A DNA stretch of 64,000 nucleotides from Thermoanaerobaculia bacterium (GCA_963664405.1 OY761158.1:2528001-2592000), one strand, 5' to 3'; shown: positions 21,265-31,615, numbered from the stretch's first letter. Translations and numbers: made by a program. Notes: generated by a model not told the origin, from the sequence alone.

Positions 21265-23317
21265 CTAACGAGGGAGCGGAAGCGCGAAAGCCAGCAGCCA
21301 CGACTTCCTCGCCCCCGCCGCCGATGGTCTCGCGGAGTTTCTTTCAGGGCCGGCCTGCACGGCCCGCTCGATCGACATCCCGGGCCCGGGGGTCTCGCCA
21401 CCACCGGCGACCAGGATGTACTGACGCCCCTCGTGCATGTATGTCATCGGTGAGCTGTGCAGGGTTACCTCGCTCCTGACCTGTGCGATCAGCTCGCCGC
21501 TCGCCTTGTCATAGGCATCGAGGTAGCTGCCGTTCGCCGACCGATCACCGAGCTCGTCGACGATCGGCTCGATGGTGACGAGCAGTGTCTTGGTGACGAG
21601 CACTCCACCTTCAGCAACGATCCCCTGCTGCGGTGGCGTACCCAGACGGCCCAGATTCAGGTGCTTGATTGCGGGGTGGTTCCTCGGCCCTTCTCCGAGC
21701 GGCTCCTGCCAGACGATCTCACCCTTGTTGAGATCATATGCCGTAATGCGGCGGTAGGGAGGCTTGAGGATCTCCAGGCCCCGAACCGTGGGCATCGGCA
21801 GTCGTTTGTTGAGGAAGCGGAAGTCGGAGCGAGCCGGATCCGGCACGGAGAGTGAATGGGCTGCCGGCCGCTGTAGCGAGGGTACGTAGAGAAAGCCGGT
21901 CTCTGGGTCGAAAGAGGCACCGGGCCAGTTGGCGCCGCCGCCGGAGCCGGGAGCCTGGATAACTCCCTGCTTGCCGTCTTCGCCGTTGATGATGATCGGC
22001 GTGAAGATCGGGCCGATGACCCAATCCTGGAGGATCTCCAAGGCTTCGGCGCGCAGCTCGGGCGTGAAGTCGATCACGTCGTCCCAGTCGACTCCGAGGG
22101 TCTCGAAGGGCGGTGGCCGGGTCGGAAAGGGCTGCGTTCTCGACAACCTCTCCCCGGGGACTTGGGAGTGATAGTTGACCGGCGCTTCGACGATCGGCCA
22201 CACCGGCTCTCCTGTCACCCGATCGAAGACGTAGGTCATGCCCTGCTTCGAGACCTGTGCGACCGCTTTGATGTTCTTCTTGTCGACTGTGATGTCGACC
22301 AGATTGGGCGCCGAGACCAGGTCGTAGTCCCAGATCCCGTGATGCACCGCCTGGAAGTGCCAAACGCGCTCCCCGGTGCGTGCGTCGAGGCAGACGAGAG
22401 ACTCGGAGTAGACATTGTCACCCAAGCGCTCGCCGCCGTAGTAGTCGCTGGTGGCGGTGCCGAAGGGCAGATATACGTAGCCGAGCTCGTGGTCGACGCT
22501 CATCATCCCCCAGACGTTGGTGTTGCCCATGGTCTTCCAGGAGTCGTTCTCCCAGGTCTCGGTGTAGGGCTCGCCCTGTTGAGGAATGCTGTGGAAGGTC
22601 CATAAGAGCTCGCCTGTGCGGACGTCGAAACCGCGGATATGGCCAGGCGGGCTCGTGTTGCGTAAGGGGAAGTCGAAGATCGCCATGCCGACAACGATCG
22701 TGTCCTCGACCACGACCACGGGTGCCGTGTGGCTGATGCTCCGGTTGACGCGCCCCTCGGGGAGACCGATGTTGAGATCCACGACACCTTCAAGCCCGAA
22801 CTTCTCGTCGGGCTTCCCGGTCTCGGGGTCGATCGAGATCAGCTGGCGTCCGCGCGTCGCCAGGATCAGACGCTCGATCACGCCGTCGGTCCAGGACTCG
22901 ATGCCACGAACCTGTACGAATCCTCCGCTGTCGATCTTGTAGTCCAGCGGATCGTAGCGCCACAGCATCTCGCCGCTGGCCGGGTCGAGAGCAGCGACCT
23001 GAGCCATGCCCGTCGGCATGTAGACGACGCCGTCCTTCATCAGCGGCGTGCCCCGTAGGTGGAACGGACGGATCTCGGTCTCGCTCTCCAGCAGAGCGTC
23101 CGCCGACTCCCATCGCCACGCGATCTCGAGGTCCTCGAAATTATCGCGGTCGATCTGCTCGAGCGGCGAGTACTTCGTCGAACCGCTGTCGCCGGCGTAG
23201 TGCGGCCACTCACCGCCTTCAGTTCCTCGCTGTGCCGAAACGGGCAAGCCAATCAACACGACCAGCAGTCCCACTAGCCGAAGCCGAGTCCAACGACCAC
23301 CTGCTCGGAGGAGACAT
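21265..23317 (-). CDS. PQQ-dependent (quinoprotein glucose dehydrogenase-like) dehydrogenase; start uncertain
   Basis: EWPHYAGD..STKYSPLEQI, WHFQAVHHGIWDYD, GGANWPG and SSPMTY..EGRQY; the RBS-preceded ATG at 23317 is out of frame, so a 5' frameshift is possible. Confidence 0.85.
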
Positions 23318-23348
23318 ACCTTCCCCTCGGCAGCCTTCAGCTGGCCGC

Positions 23349-25391
23349 TCAGGGTAGATACCAGATCGGGGAAGACCAGGCGCGCTCCTGGAGGGTGGCG
23401 TGGAGAGCCGGGTTGGGGGCAACGCCGGCGCGGACCGCGTCCCATGTCGACCAGCGGCAGGTGGGGTTCTCGAGCACTCGCACATAGTAGACGGCGCGCT
23501 GGCCCGGCACGAACGAGGGATCGCTCCACACCACCGATAGCTGCGCAGCGCCGCGATCCTGCGATACGTCGCAATTGGTGAGATCGACGGTGGCTCCGTT
23601 GTCGGGGCAGCGGTGAGTGGAAGGGTCTACTGTGGCGCTGTCGGAACAGACGACGTCGAAGACCTGCTCACGTGCCTTGCCGTCCTCTACCCATCCCTTG
23701 ACCACCTGCGCGCGCTGGAGCGGTGCCGAGGCCGGATCCCGCAGCGCCCGCACCAGGAAGCGCGGCGCGTCTCCGGCGCGGGCGACAAGGTCGCCTCCCA
23801 TGGGCACTCCGTCGGCGTAGGCCTTTGCCGCCGCTTCGGGATCCTCGGCCAGCGCCTCGGCGAAGTCGAAACCTGCGAAGAAGCGAACGCGGATCCGGGG
23901 CCCGCTGGTCGCGAAGGTCTCCTTGCGCCGGAAGGCATCGTAGATCGCCTCGCGCGTGTTCTCTTCCGCCCACACCGCGGCGAGGCCCGACGCTCCCCAG
24001 GCGCCGTAGTAGGTCTCGGCATACGCCGATCCGCTGGCGGTCGGGCTGTCGAGCGGGACCGAGCCGCGCTGCTGCGCTGTGCCGTCGAGCTTTGCCACCT
24101 TCGAGAAGAAGTTCGACTCGTCGAAAGAGCCTGCCGCGTTGTGCGTGTCGCTCGAGCCGATGAGCCCGAACCTGAAGGGGTTGAAGCCCCCGGAGGCCTC
24201 GAGCTCGAGTCCGTGCAGGTAAGCCTCGCGCACATAGCTTCCAGGCACATCGCTCGGAAGGGAGGAGCCCACCCGTAGTTTCATGATCTCGAAGTCCGCC
24301 CACTCGTCGTTGGGCGACAGCATGGGGTGGGTGTCGGAGGTCCCCTTCACCTGGGTCACTTCGACCAGCGGCTCGTTGCGCATACGCAGGTCCGCGTAGT
24401 CGGCGCCGAGCGGCCCACCCTCGAAGGCCTCGAGTAGGAACATCTGGCCGTTCGAGCCGTTCGAGTTGTGGGGTATGGCAAGGCCTTCGATGCCTTCGGC
24501 ACGCAAGGTGTCGAGCCAGGCCCACAGATCCTCGGGGTTGACCGAGTCCTCCGCCGAGAACGGCAGCTCCGGTCCCTTGCCCCGGAAGATGACGTTGCGG
24601 TGAAGGTTCTGAGGATCGGCTTCTCTGCCATACGAAGAATACTCGTAGCCGATGAAGGTGGTGAAGGTTCCGGGATCGTAGTGGCGCTCGGCGGCTGCCA
24701 TCTCCTCCGTCCACGCCGAGAGGTGGGCCGGCTCGAAGCCGGCGAGGATCTGATTGAGCTCTCCACTCGCGCGCACTTCGCGCATCCTCACCAGCACCTT
24801 GCGGATCGGCCCTTCCTCGGTAGCCGCCACTACCTGCCGCGCCCACTCGGTCTGGGAGACGGGACCCGACGGATCCTCGAACGAGGAGAACACGCCAAGG
24901 AGCTCGCCATGATCGGTCACCGCCATGAAGTCGAGGGGTTCGGAGAGTTTGAGCTCCATGCCCTTGGCGTGAGCGATCGGCTCGCCTTTGGCGAAACGAT
25001 AAGCGTCGTCAGGGGTCGCGCGGTTGTTGAAGATGAAGGCGTCGGTCGAGAAGCGGGTGTGTACGTGGAGGTCACCGAAGTAGGCCTGGCGCTTTGTATC
25101 CGCCCCTCCGTGTTCTCTCGCCTCGCTGGGTGAGACGGGCGAGGTTGTGGCGGTCTCGTCGAGCGCGCAGGCGCCAGTGAGCGCAGCGGCGACGACCACC
25201 CCGAGGATGGGCGCCAGAAGCCTAGACCAGCGTTTCCAAAGTTCGCGCACATATCTCGGCCCCTTCTGTCCGCTGGCGGCGTTTCGCCTCCTCGACATAT
25301 TGCCCAATATGCCTGCGTCGGCGCGCCTGGCCAGCGAACAGAATGACCTCGAGCTATGCAGCACGAACTTTGGAAACGCTGGTCTAGTCAT
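23349..25391 (-). CDS. DUF3604 domain lipoprotein (PHP-like metal-binding fold) with in-frame MITE in the signal peptide
   Basis: YFGDLHVHT, VTDH, LHRNVIF, IPHN, SSDTH and ERAWSSPIW; lipobox-like LTGAC. Confidence 0.88.
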   Translation of the reverse strand: MTRPAFPKFVLHSSRSFCSLARRADAGILGNMSRRRNAASGQKGPRYVRELWKRWSRLLAPILGVVVAAALTGACALDETATTSPVSPSEAREHGGADTKRQAYFGDLHVHTRFSTDAFIFNNRATPDDAYRFAKGEPIAHAKGMELKLSEPLDFMAVTDHGELLGVFSSFEDPSGPVSQTEWARQVVAATEEGPIRKVLVRMREVRASGELNQILAGFEPAHLSAWTEEMAAAERHYDPGTFTTFIGYEYSSYGREADPQNLHRNVIFRGKGPELPFSAEDSVNPEDLWAWLDTLRAEGIEGLAIPHNSNGSNGQMFLLEAFEGGPLGADYADLRMRNEPLVEVTQVKGTSDTHPMLSPNDEWADFEIMKLRVGSSLPSDVPGSYVREAYLHGLELEASGGFNPFRFGLIGSSDTHNAAGSFDESNFFSKVAKLDGTAQQRGSVPLDSPTASGSAYAETYYGAWGASGLAAVWAEENTREAIYDAFRRKETFATSGPRIRVRFFAGFDFAEALAEDPEAAAKAYADGVPMGGDLVARAGDAPRFLVRALRDPASAPLQRAQVVKGWVEDGKAREQVFDVVCSDSATVDPSTHRCPDNGATVDLTNCDVSQDRGAAQLSVVWSDPSFVPGQRAVYYVRVLENPTCRWSTWDAVRAGVAPNPALHATLQERAWSSPIWYLP
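25222..25387 (-). mobile_element. MITE-like element, copy 3 (166 bp), inserted in frame
   Basis: Perfect 24-nt TIRs with CTAG at both ends; removing 162 bp restores ATG ACT AGG CTT (MTRLLAPILG...). Confidence 0.9.
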
Positions 25392-25489
25392 CTCGAGAGG
25401 CAGCGTTCGACCCATCGATCTCGGCTCCATGGTCCTCCTCCGTTCGCACGTCAGTATTCCTACCCGCGGTCCCGCTCGCGATCCGGCGT

Positions 25490-26473
25490 CTAGGCCGACT
25501 TCTGCTCCCCGGCACGCGCCGCTCCTTCAAACATCTTCCCGTTCGTCTCTCGGAGCAATTCCGCAAGCTCCAAGCTCAACGCATCTCTTCCGGCTTGGGC
25601 TCGAGAATCTTCAGGATGATAAGCGAGCTCTGTTTCGGGATCACCGGCAATACGAGTTGCTGTCAAGACTCGCGGCTGGCTGTAGTCGTAGGACCGCGCG
25701 CGGTGCAGTAACGCTCGGTTGTCCCACAATAGCGTGTCGCCCACTTGCCACTTGTGGGTGTACACCCGGCGCTCGTCCGCTACCACAAAGTCCAACAAGT
25801 TCCGTAGAAGCGCGCGGCTCTCTTGCCGCTCGAGACCAGGGATGCCGAACGCATGTCGCCCGATGAACAGACTCCTCACACCGGTCTCTGGATGCGTCTT
25901 CGCCAGCGGCCGCAGGTACGCCTCCCCGTGATAAATCGTGTCTTCTTTCTGTGGCGGAAAGTCGCCAACGTCGTTGGCTTGTGAGTATTGCGTGGAGTGA
26001 TACGCACTCAGGCTTTCGATCCGGTCCTTCGTCGTCTGGTCCAGCGCGGCGTAACCGGCGCGGGTGTCCGCCAGTTCGGTTTCGCCGCCCTCGTCCGGTA
26101 CGGTGACTGCGGAGAGCATGGCGCACTTGCTACTAACGGGCCAATAGCTGGAGTCGGTATGCCAGGTCTCATTGCCCACATTGGTGCGCATGCGCTGGGT
26201 CTGCAGGTCGAACACCTGGCCGTAGGAGCCGTCGTCGTGCTTTTCCTGATTGGCCATCGGCAGACCGCCAAACTCCAGATCCCCGAAGCGTCTACCGAAG
26301 GCAACGTTTTCTTCCACCGTCAAATGCTGGTCAGGAAAGATGAGGAAACCATAGTTCAGAAAGCCTGCATGGATCTCGGCAAACTCGACTTCGCTGAGCG
26401 AGGGTAGTTTGACGTTGCTAACTACAGCGCCAAAAACCTTGTTCTCGATCGGAGTGATTGTGATTCCAGTCAT
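25490..26473 (-). CDS. TauD/TfdA family 2-oxoglutarate-dependent dioxygenase
   Basis: WHTDSS, GGETELAD and WDNRALLHRA motifs. Confidence 0.9.
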   Translation of the reverse strand: MTGITITPIENKVFGAVVSNVKLPSLSEVEFAEIHAGFLNYGFLIFPDQHLTVEENVAFGRRFGDLEFGGLPMANQEKHDDGSYGQVFDLQTQRMRTNVGNETWHTDSSYWPVSSKCAMLSAVTVPDEGGETELADTRAGYAALDQTTKDRIESLSAYHSTQYSQANDVGDFPPQKEDTIYHGEAYLRPLAKTHPETGVRSLFIGRHAFGIPGLERQESRALLRNLLDFVVADERRVYTHKWQVGDTLLWDNRALLHRARSYDYSQPRVLTATRIAGDPETELAYHPEDSRAQAGRDALSLELAELLRETNGKMFEGAARAGEQKSA

Positions 26474-26633
26474 ACAGATCCTCTTCGTGGAGGATTCAAC
26501 AGTGAATCCGCGACGCGCACCATGATAATTCATCGTGACCATCCGGTCGGTTGTCATCGATAGACGTAATCGCTACATTGTTCCCTCATCCAGGCCTTTC
26601 CAGCCAGGTCAGCGAAACGAAGGGAGGTCCACA

Positions 26634-27467
26634 ATGCAACCTCGGGTGCCAGATGCCTGGTTTGCTCTACTGCTGGTGTCTTTCATCACCACCGCGGCTA
26701 CGGCCCAATCCTCGAGCCCCCATGTGCTGCCGGAGTCTCTGAAAGCCAAGCTGAGCGCGGAGGATCAAGAGCTCTTCGCTCGCCTCATCAACATCAACAT
26801 CGAATCGGCATGGGGATACATGAGGACCCGCGGCTACCCGCGTAACTTCGTCAGCAGTATTCGTCCAGTCGAGCCGAGCATGCGCTTCGCGGGACGCGCA
26901 CGCACGATGCGTTACCTTCCCTACCGTCAGGATCTGGCCGATCGCTTCGATGGCCTTCAGCTCAACTATCGCTCCGCCGAGGATACCGAGCCAGGGGACG
27001 TACTCGTCTTCGATTGTGGCGGTGAGCTCGAAGCCTCTCCCAGCGGCGATGTCACCTCCACCCGGGCCATGGTCCGGGGCGCTTCGGGAATCGTGGTGGA
27101 TGGCGCCATGCGCGACGTGCCCGCATTCGTGGAGATGGGCTTGCCGCTCTTCACCCTGGAGGGACGCGGTCACGCCTCCGCGGTGAAGCCCCTCATGGTG
27201 AGCTGGGATTATCAGGTTCCGGTCCGCATCGGCGACGTCACCGTCATTCCCGGAGACTATCTGGTGGGCGCCCTACACGGCGTCCTGGTCATCCCCTCCC
27301 ACATCGTCCACGAGGTGCTGGAGTACAGCGAGGACCATAGCGAGCGAGAGGCCTTTCAGCGCATGTTGTTGCTCAACGGCGAGTCGATAATAGGCGTCTA
27401 TCCTCCGAACGAAGAAACGCTGAAGCGCTTCGAGGAGTGGAAGAAGAAGAAAGGGAGGCAACCATGA
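26634..27467 (+). CDS. RraA/HMG-aldolase family protein with signal-peptide-like N-terminus
   Basis: FAGRARTMRY, GIVVDGAMRD and VIPGDYLVG..HGVLVIP. Confidence 0.82.
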   Translation: MQPRVPDAWFALLLVSFITTAATAQSSSPHVLPESLKAKLSAEDQELFARLININIESAWGYMRTRGYPRNFVSSIRPVEPSMRFAGRARTMRYLPYRQDLADRFDGLQLNYRSAEDTEPGDVLVFDCGGELEASPSGDVTSTRAMVRGASGIVVDGAMRDVPAFVEMGLPLFTLEGRGHASAVKPLMVSWDYQVPVRIGDVTVIPGDYLVGALHGVLVIPSHIVHEVLEYSEDHSEREAFQRMLLLNGESIIGVYPPNEETLKRFEEWKKKKGRQP

Positions 27468-27564
27468 AAGAGGATCGAGCCGTCGGAGAAGGTGCCTCGT
27501 GGCGGACCTGAACGATTCAGGTACACTGAACGCAAGTGAACGAAGTTGAATCCAGGAGGTTGCC

Positions 27565-27828
27565 ATGCCTACCATGACCCTTCGGCTCGACGAGAAGACC
27601 CACCAACGACTCGATCGCCTCGCGAAGTCGACCCACCGCTCGAAGTCCTTTCTGGCGATTCAGGCCTTGACCGAGTACCTCGAAATGAACGAGTGGCAGG
27701 TGGAAGAGATCCGGAAAACCCTGGCGGCCGTGGATAGCGCGCCCGCCTCCGATTTCGTCGAGCATGGTCAGGTCGCCGCCTGGCTCGAGTCCTGGGGCAG
27801 TGACGAGGAAGGGAAACCGCCTCGTTGA
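27565..27828 (+). CDS. CopG/RHH antitoxin (ParD-like)
   Basis: TMTLRLD...RLDRLAKSTHRSKSFLA; RBS GGAGG; overlaps the toxin start. Confidence 0.85.
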   Translation: MPTMTLRLDEKTHQRLDRLAKSTHRSKSFLAIQALTEYLEMNEWQVEEIRKTLAAVDSAPASDFVEHGQVAAWLESWGSDEEGKPPR

Positions 27829-28127
27829 GGATCGTCTGGTTCCGTAGCGCCATCCTCGATCTCGAAGAGGCTCGGGCATACATCGCGAGCGACGATCCGG
27901 AAACCGCACATCGAGTCGCCTCCCGCATCCTCAACGCAACAGACCGACTCCCAGAGCGTCCCGGAATCGGACGTCCGGGCCGAGTCCCTGGAACGCGTGA
28001 ATTGGTCGTTCAACAAACGCCCTATCTGATTCCCTATCGGGTTCGGGATGGCGTAATCGAGATTCTCCGCGTCTTCCACGCACGGCGCCGCTGGCCGGAT
28101 CGCCGTCCTCGGCGTGAGGGGCGTTGA
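27825..28127 (+). CDS. RelE/ParE family toxin
   Basis: IVW..SAILDLEE, IGRPGRVPGTRELVV and IEILRVFHARR. Confidence 0.9.
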   Translation: MRIVWFRSAILDLEEARAYIASDDPETAHRVASRILNATDRLPERPGIGRPGRVPGTRELVVQQTPYLIPYRVRDGVIEILRVFHARRRWPDRRPRREGR

Positions 28128-28230
28128 ACCACACCGTCAGAGCAAACGGTTCGGCCGCGCTCTCGATGAACTCGGCCGCCTTCCTGGCGGTGTAGTCTGT
28201 GGCATGGATCTCTTCGCCTTCCCGTACCTA

Positions 28231-29747
28231 GCCCCAATTCGCGAATAAATCAGGCGGCTCGGAGGGCTTTAGCGACTCTTTGGAAGTCTTGTTGAGCGGC
28301 GGCTGAAGTGCCGAGGTCGAGGGTGATTCGGCCAGCAGGGTGAAGGAGGACGCCGGCTCGGCCGAGGAGTTTGAATCGCAGGGTGTGGATGGTTTCGAAG
28401 CGATGCAGAGTTCTCCGTTTGCGAGTCCGTGAGCGGGGCTGCGGGCGTGCCGCGACCTGAAACGACCGGGCGAGGTTGAAGGCGAGGACGCTGAGCACTT
28501 GCCAGGCAGCATTGGCCGCTGCCTTGAGACTGGGGACACAGTTGAACGCGAAGCCGTTGCGTAACTCAGCGTAGGCCTTCTCGTGGGTCCCTCGACCGTT
28601 GAGGAAGTGCCACAGATTCCGGCCGTTCAGCTGTTTGTTGGTGGTGATCGCCGAGTACTCGTAGTGGCCGTCGTCGGGGTCGAACAGGTCGAGCTGGAAG
28701 TTCTTGCGCGTCTCGTGAGCCACCCGCTTGCGGTAGAGCACGATGCGGCGCACCTGGTTCCAGGCGGCCACCCGAGTGCGGGTCTCACAAAAGCTCACCG
28801 TGTCGTCGATGCGGATCCACTTCGCAGCCTGAGCCACCGCCGCCTTCAGGTGCAGCCAGGGGTAGAACGGGACCTTGATCGCGTACTCCGCCCTCGCCGA
28901 GTCCAGGAACTCCAAGACATCCCGGCGAAAGAACGCCCCGTCCATGCGGAACTCCAGGCGTACGCCACGATCGACCGTGGCGCGAATCTGGTCGAGAAGC
29001 GCTGAGAGAAAGTTAAGAGACGCTTTTCCATCGTGCACGTTGCCTGGGCGGTTCTCGACCCGCAGGATCTGACCCGACTGCGCCTCGTAGGCGGTGATCG
29101 GGTAGTAGCTCGGAACCTTCCGGTGGTGAGGGTTGAAGCCACGCTTCGCTCCTTCGACCGTCTGTCCGGTCGACACCACCGAGCCGTCGACATCGATCGT
29201 CAAACGCGCCAGTCTCGCCTTCTGAAGAGCCTCGCCCACCACCTCAGAGTTCAGCCGCACCCAACGCGCCACGTGACTCTCAGACAGTTGCGCCAGCCAC
29301 CCGCTCACGGTCCTCGGCGACGGCAGTCGGCGGAGTCCGGCGAACCGGGCCAAGATCGGATCCGACTGCACGTAGCGAAGGTGCCAGATCCGCCGACCGC
29401 CGACCCTCAGAAGGCCAAGCAGCACAAGGAGCATCGGAACGGTGCCGAAGTCGCTTCTCGGGAACGACCTTCCGACCCACCGCCGAAGCCGCTCGCGAAA
29501 CCTCCGCCTCTGAAGGAAGTCCCGGAACAGCTCCAATCCGGCGTGCGAAGTAACTTGCTGCAGGCCGCACCGGTACTCGACCCGACCGTTGACCCGACCC
29601 CTGAGATCTGCTCTGCTTAACCGCACTGAGAGTGCCCTTTCGTTGTGGTGACTTCTTTCGGCTTTGACACCCGAAGTACACCACAGCGGAGGGCCCTTTC
29701 GCTTCTTAGACCACCAGATCAGACCGCTCTTTTTCGCGAATTGGGGC
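28231..29747 (-). mobile_element. IS1380-family insertion sequence
   Basis: Perfect inverted ends (TA)GCCCCAATTCGCGAA at 28229 and TTCGCGAATTGGGGC(TA) ending 29749, enclosing the transposase. Confidence 0.9.
28250..29626 (-). CDS. IS1380-family DDE transposase
   Basis: VTSHAGL, TIDVDGS, RPGNVHD, FRMDGAF, NGRGTHE and LAFNL motifs. Confidence 0.9.
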   Translation of the reverse strand: MRLSRADLRGRVNGRVEYRCGLQQVTSHAGLELFRDFLQRRRFRERLRRWVGRSFPRSDFGTVPMLLVLLGLLRVGGRRIWHLRYVQSDPILARFAGLRRLPSPRTVSGWLAQLSESHVARWVRLNSEVVGEALQKARLARLTIDVDGSVVSTGQTVEGAKRGFNPHHRKVPSYYPITAYEAQSGQILRVENRPGNVHDGKASLNFLSALLDQIRATVDRGVRLEFRMDGAFFRRDVLEFLDSARAEYAIKVPFYPWLHLKAAVAQAAKWIRIDDTVSFCETRTRVAAWNQVRRIVLYRKRVAHETRKNFQLDLFDPDDGHYEYSAITTNKQLNGRNLWHFLNGRGTHEKAYAELRNGFAFNCVPSLKAAANAAWQVLSVLAFNLARSFQVAARPQPRSRTRKRRTLHRFETIHTLRFKLLGRAGVLLHPAGRITLDLGTSAAAQQDFQRVAKALRAA

Positions 29748-30353
29748 TATATATATGGGTTCCTGGCCACCGGAACAAACTGGTCGAATAGCAGTTCGGA
29801 CCTCTCCGCATCGAGCAGAGCCCCGTTCTTCCCCACAAAACCCGTCGTGTATCCGGCGTCCCGCAGCAGCTTCGGATAACTCTCCCGGAGGAATTCCAGA
29901 CTCAGAGGCGGGGTGCCGAACGTGAACCCATGCGTTTGCTCGTGTAGGCCGGTGAGCACGGTGGCTCGACTGGACGGACAGATCGGAGTCGTAGCGAAAG
30001 CGTTAGGGAAGTACACGCCTCGCTCGGCAAGCCAATCGATATTCGGCGTCTCCAGAACCGGATGTAGGAAACCAAGAGAGTCGAATCTCTGATCGTCGGT
30101 GAACAGAAAAATGATATTGGGCCGATCGACCGGCCCGGCTAGCGCTCGGGTCGCTATGCCGACGCACAGTAGAACCGAAGTCAGTACAGTCGATGACAAA
30201 GATATGATCTGAGCTATGAAGCTCCCGAAGCGACCTTCTGCTAGAGCCTCCACCCCTTCAGTCTTTCTGCATCACTCTTTCGAGTCTAGCGGTTCAGCGG
30301 GAACGTGAGCCGACCGAGTTCGTCATACTCTCTGCTGAAAAGGCGGAAGTGAC

Positions 30354-31499
30354 ATGACGGTTGAACGAGACAAACACGGCTTTGACGCGCCGGTTCCGCT
30401 CAATCATCCAGCAAGGCGGGGATTGCCCCCCGGTCAGTCGACGGGTCCTGAGCCGGGCGAGCTTCTGCCGGGCTTCGTGCTGCCCGATGCCTTCGGCAAC
30501 CCGATCGACTTCCATCGCGATCGTGGCCAATCGGGAGCCGCGGTGGTCTTCTTCCGCTCCGCAGTCTGGTGACCGCCTTGCTGGACACAGCTCGGTGAGC
30601 TGCGCGATGCCTATCCGAAGTTCCAGGCGGCGGGGGTGAAGCTGTACAGCATCTCCTACGACGATCAGGAAGCCCTGGCAGCGTTCGCTCGGGGCCAGAA
30701 CATTCCGTTCCCGCTGCTATCGGATGTCGACTCAGAGGTCATCCGGCGCTACGGCGTTCTCAACACGGAGCTGACACCCGACGATGCCGTCCTCTACGGC
30801 ATACCGTTCCCCGGTACCTTCGTCACAGACAACGACGGTGTGGTGATCGCCAAGTTCTTCTACGACAGCTACAAGAAACGTGACAGCCCCGAGTACCTGC
30901 TCGATGTGGCGCTTGGCCGAATCGAGCTCGCAGACGACACGCCAACGACCACGGGTGGGGATGCGGAAGTGAAGATCACGGCCGCCGTGCACGGCGGCCG
31001 GGGAACCATCCGCCAGGGACTCATGCGAAAGCTCGTCGTCCGATTCGAGCTCGCCGATGGTCTGCACATCTATGGGCCACCGGTGCCCCACGGCATGATC
31101 GCGACGGAGGTGGCGATGAAAGGGCCGCCAGGGCTCGTGATCCTCGATCCAGTGCTGCCACCCACCGAGCCTCTGCGGATCGCGAGCCCCGAAATCGAGC
31201 TGGAGGTGTGGTCCGGCACCGTGGACATCGCGATTCCGTTTTACGCCACCGGCGAGCTCGTCAGTGAAGTCCGTCCCCTCGATGCCGAGAGTGCCATCGT
31301 CGAAGTGGAGGTCCGTTATCAGGCCTGCGATGACCAAACCTGCCTCCTTCCACGCCGCGAGACCTTTGAACTGGAAGTGCCACTGGATGTCGTGGACGTA
31401 CCGGCGCTAGGGATCCACATGGGCCATGGCCAACGCGAGGGCACCTACGACGCCGGGCCGCACATGAAGCGACTGTACGAGCGCAAGGCGAGTAAATAA
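30354..31499 (+). CDS. Putative selenoprotein: AhpC/TSA redoxin (W-U-P-P-C) fused to a DsbD N-terminal-like domain; UGA at 30570-30572
   Basis: VVFFRSAVW-TGA-PPCWTQLGEL is in frame with ORF 30636..31499; C-terminal GLHIY and YQACDDQTCLLP. Confidence 0.88.
30588..30602 (+). promoter_or_regulatory. Putative bacterial SECIS hairpin
   Basis: CAGCTC-GGT-GAGCTG, 15 nt after the UGA, G-first loop. Confidence 0.7.
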
Positions 31500-31615
31500 T
31501 TACCTCGAGTACGCTGTACGACGAACCGACAACGAGGTGCCGACGACCAGGTTCCACCCAAATATTCTGCCGCCCGGAGGGATGAATCTTCCGCCGCCGG
31601 TGGGTCAGGCAACCT

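Larger units (their letters stand above)
28098..30253 (-). pseudogene. Sulfatase split by IS1380 and truncated at the RelE/ParE module
   Basis: 5' part (29747..30253) has PNIIFLFTDDQR and CPSSRATVLTG; 3' part resumes in frame after the IS (VREGEEIHATDYTARKAAEFI...[11 protein letters not shown]). Confidence 0.8.

Noticed and set aside
17006-25387. CRISPR array or integron attC sites
   Set aside because: Repeats are dispersed ~166-bp TIR elements without spacers, cas genes, integrase or GTTRRRY cores.
9475-29749. Genome-wide TAG recoding or pyrrolysine suggested by in-frame TAGs in three sulfatases
   Set aside because: Many intact genes end normally at TAG (12883, 52654, 54871, 61894), the TAG sites replace different expected residues, and two of the three genes are broken anyway.
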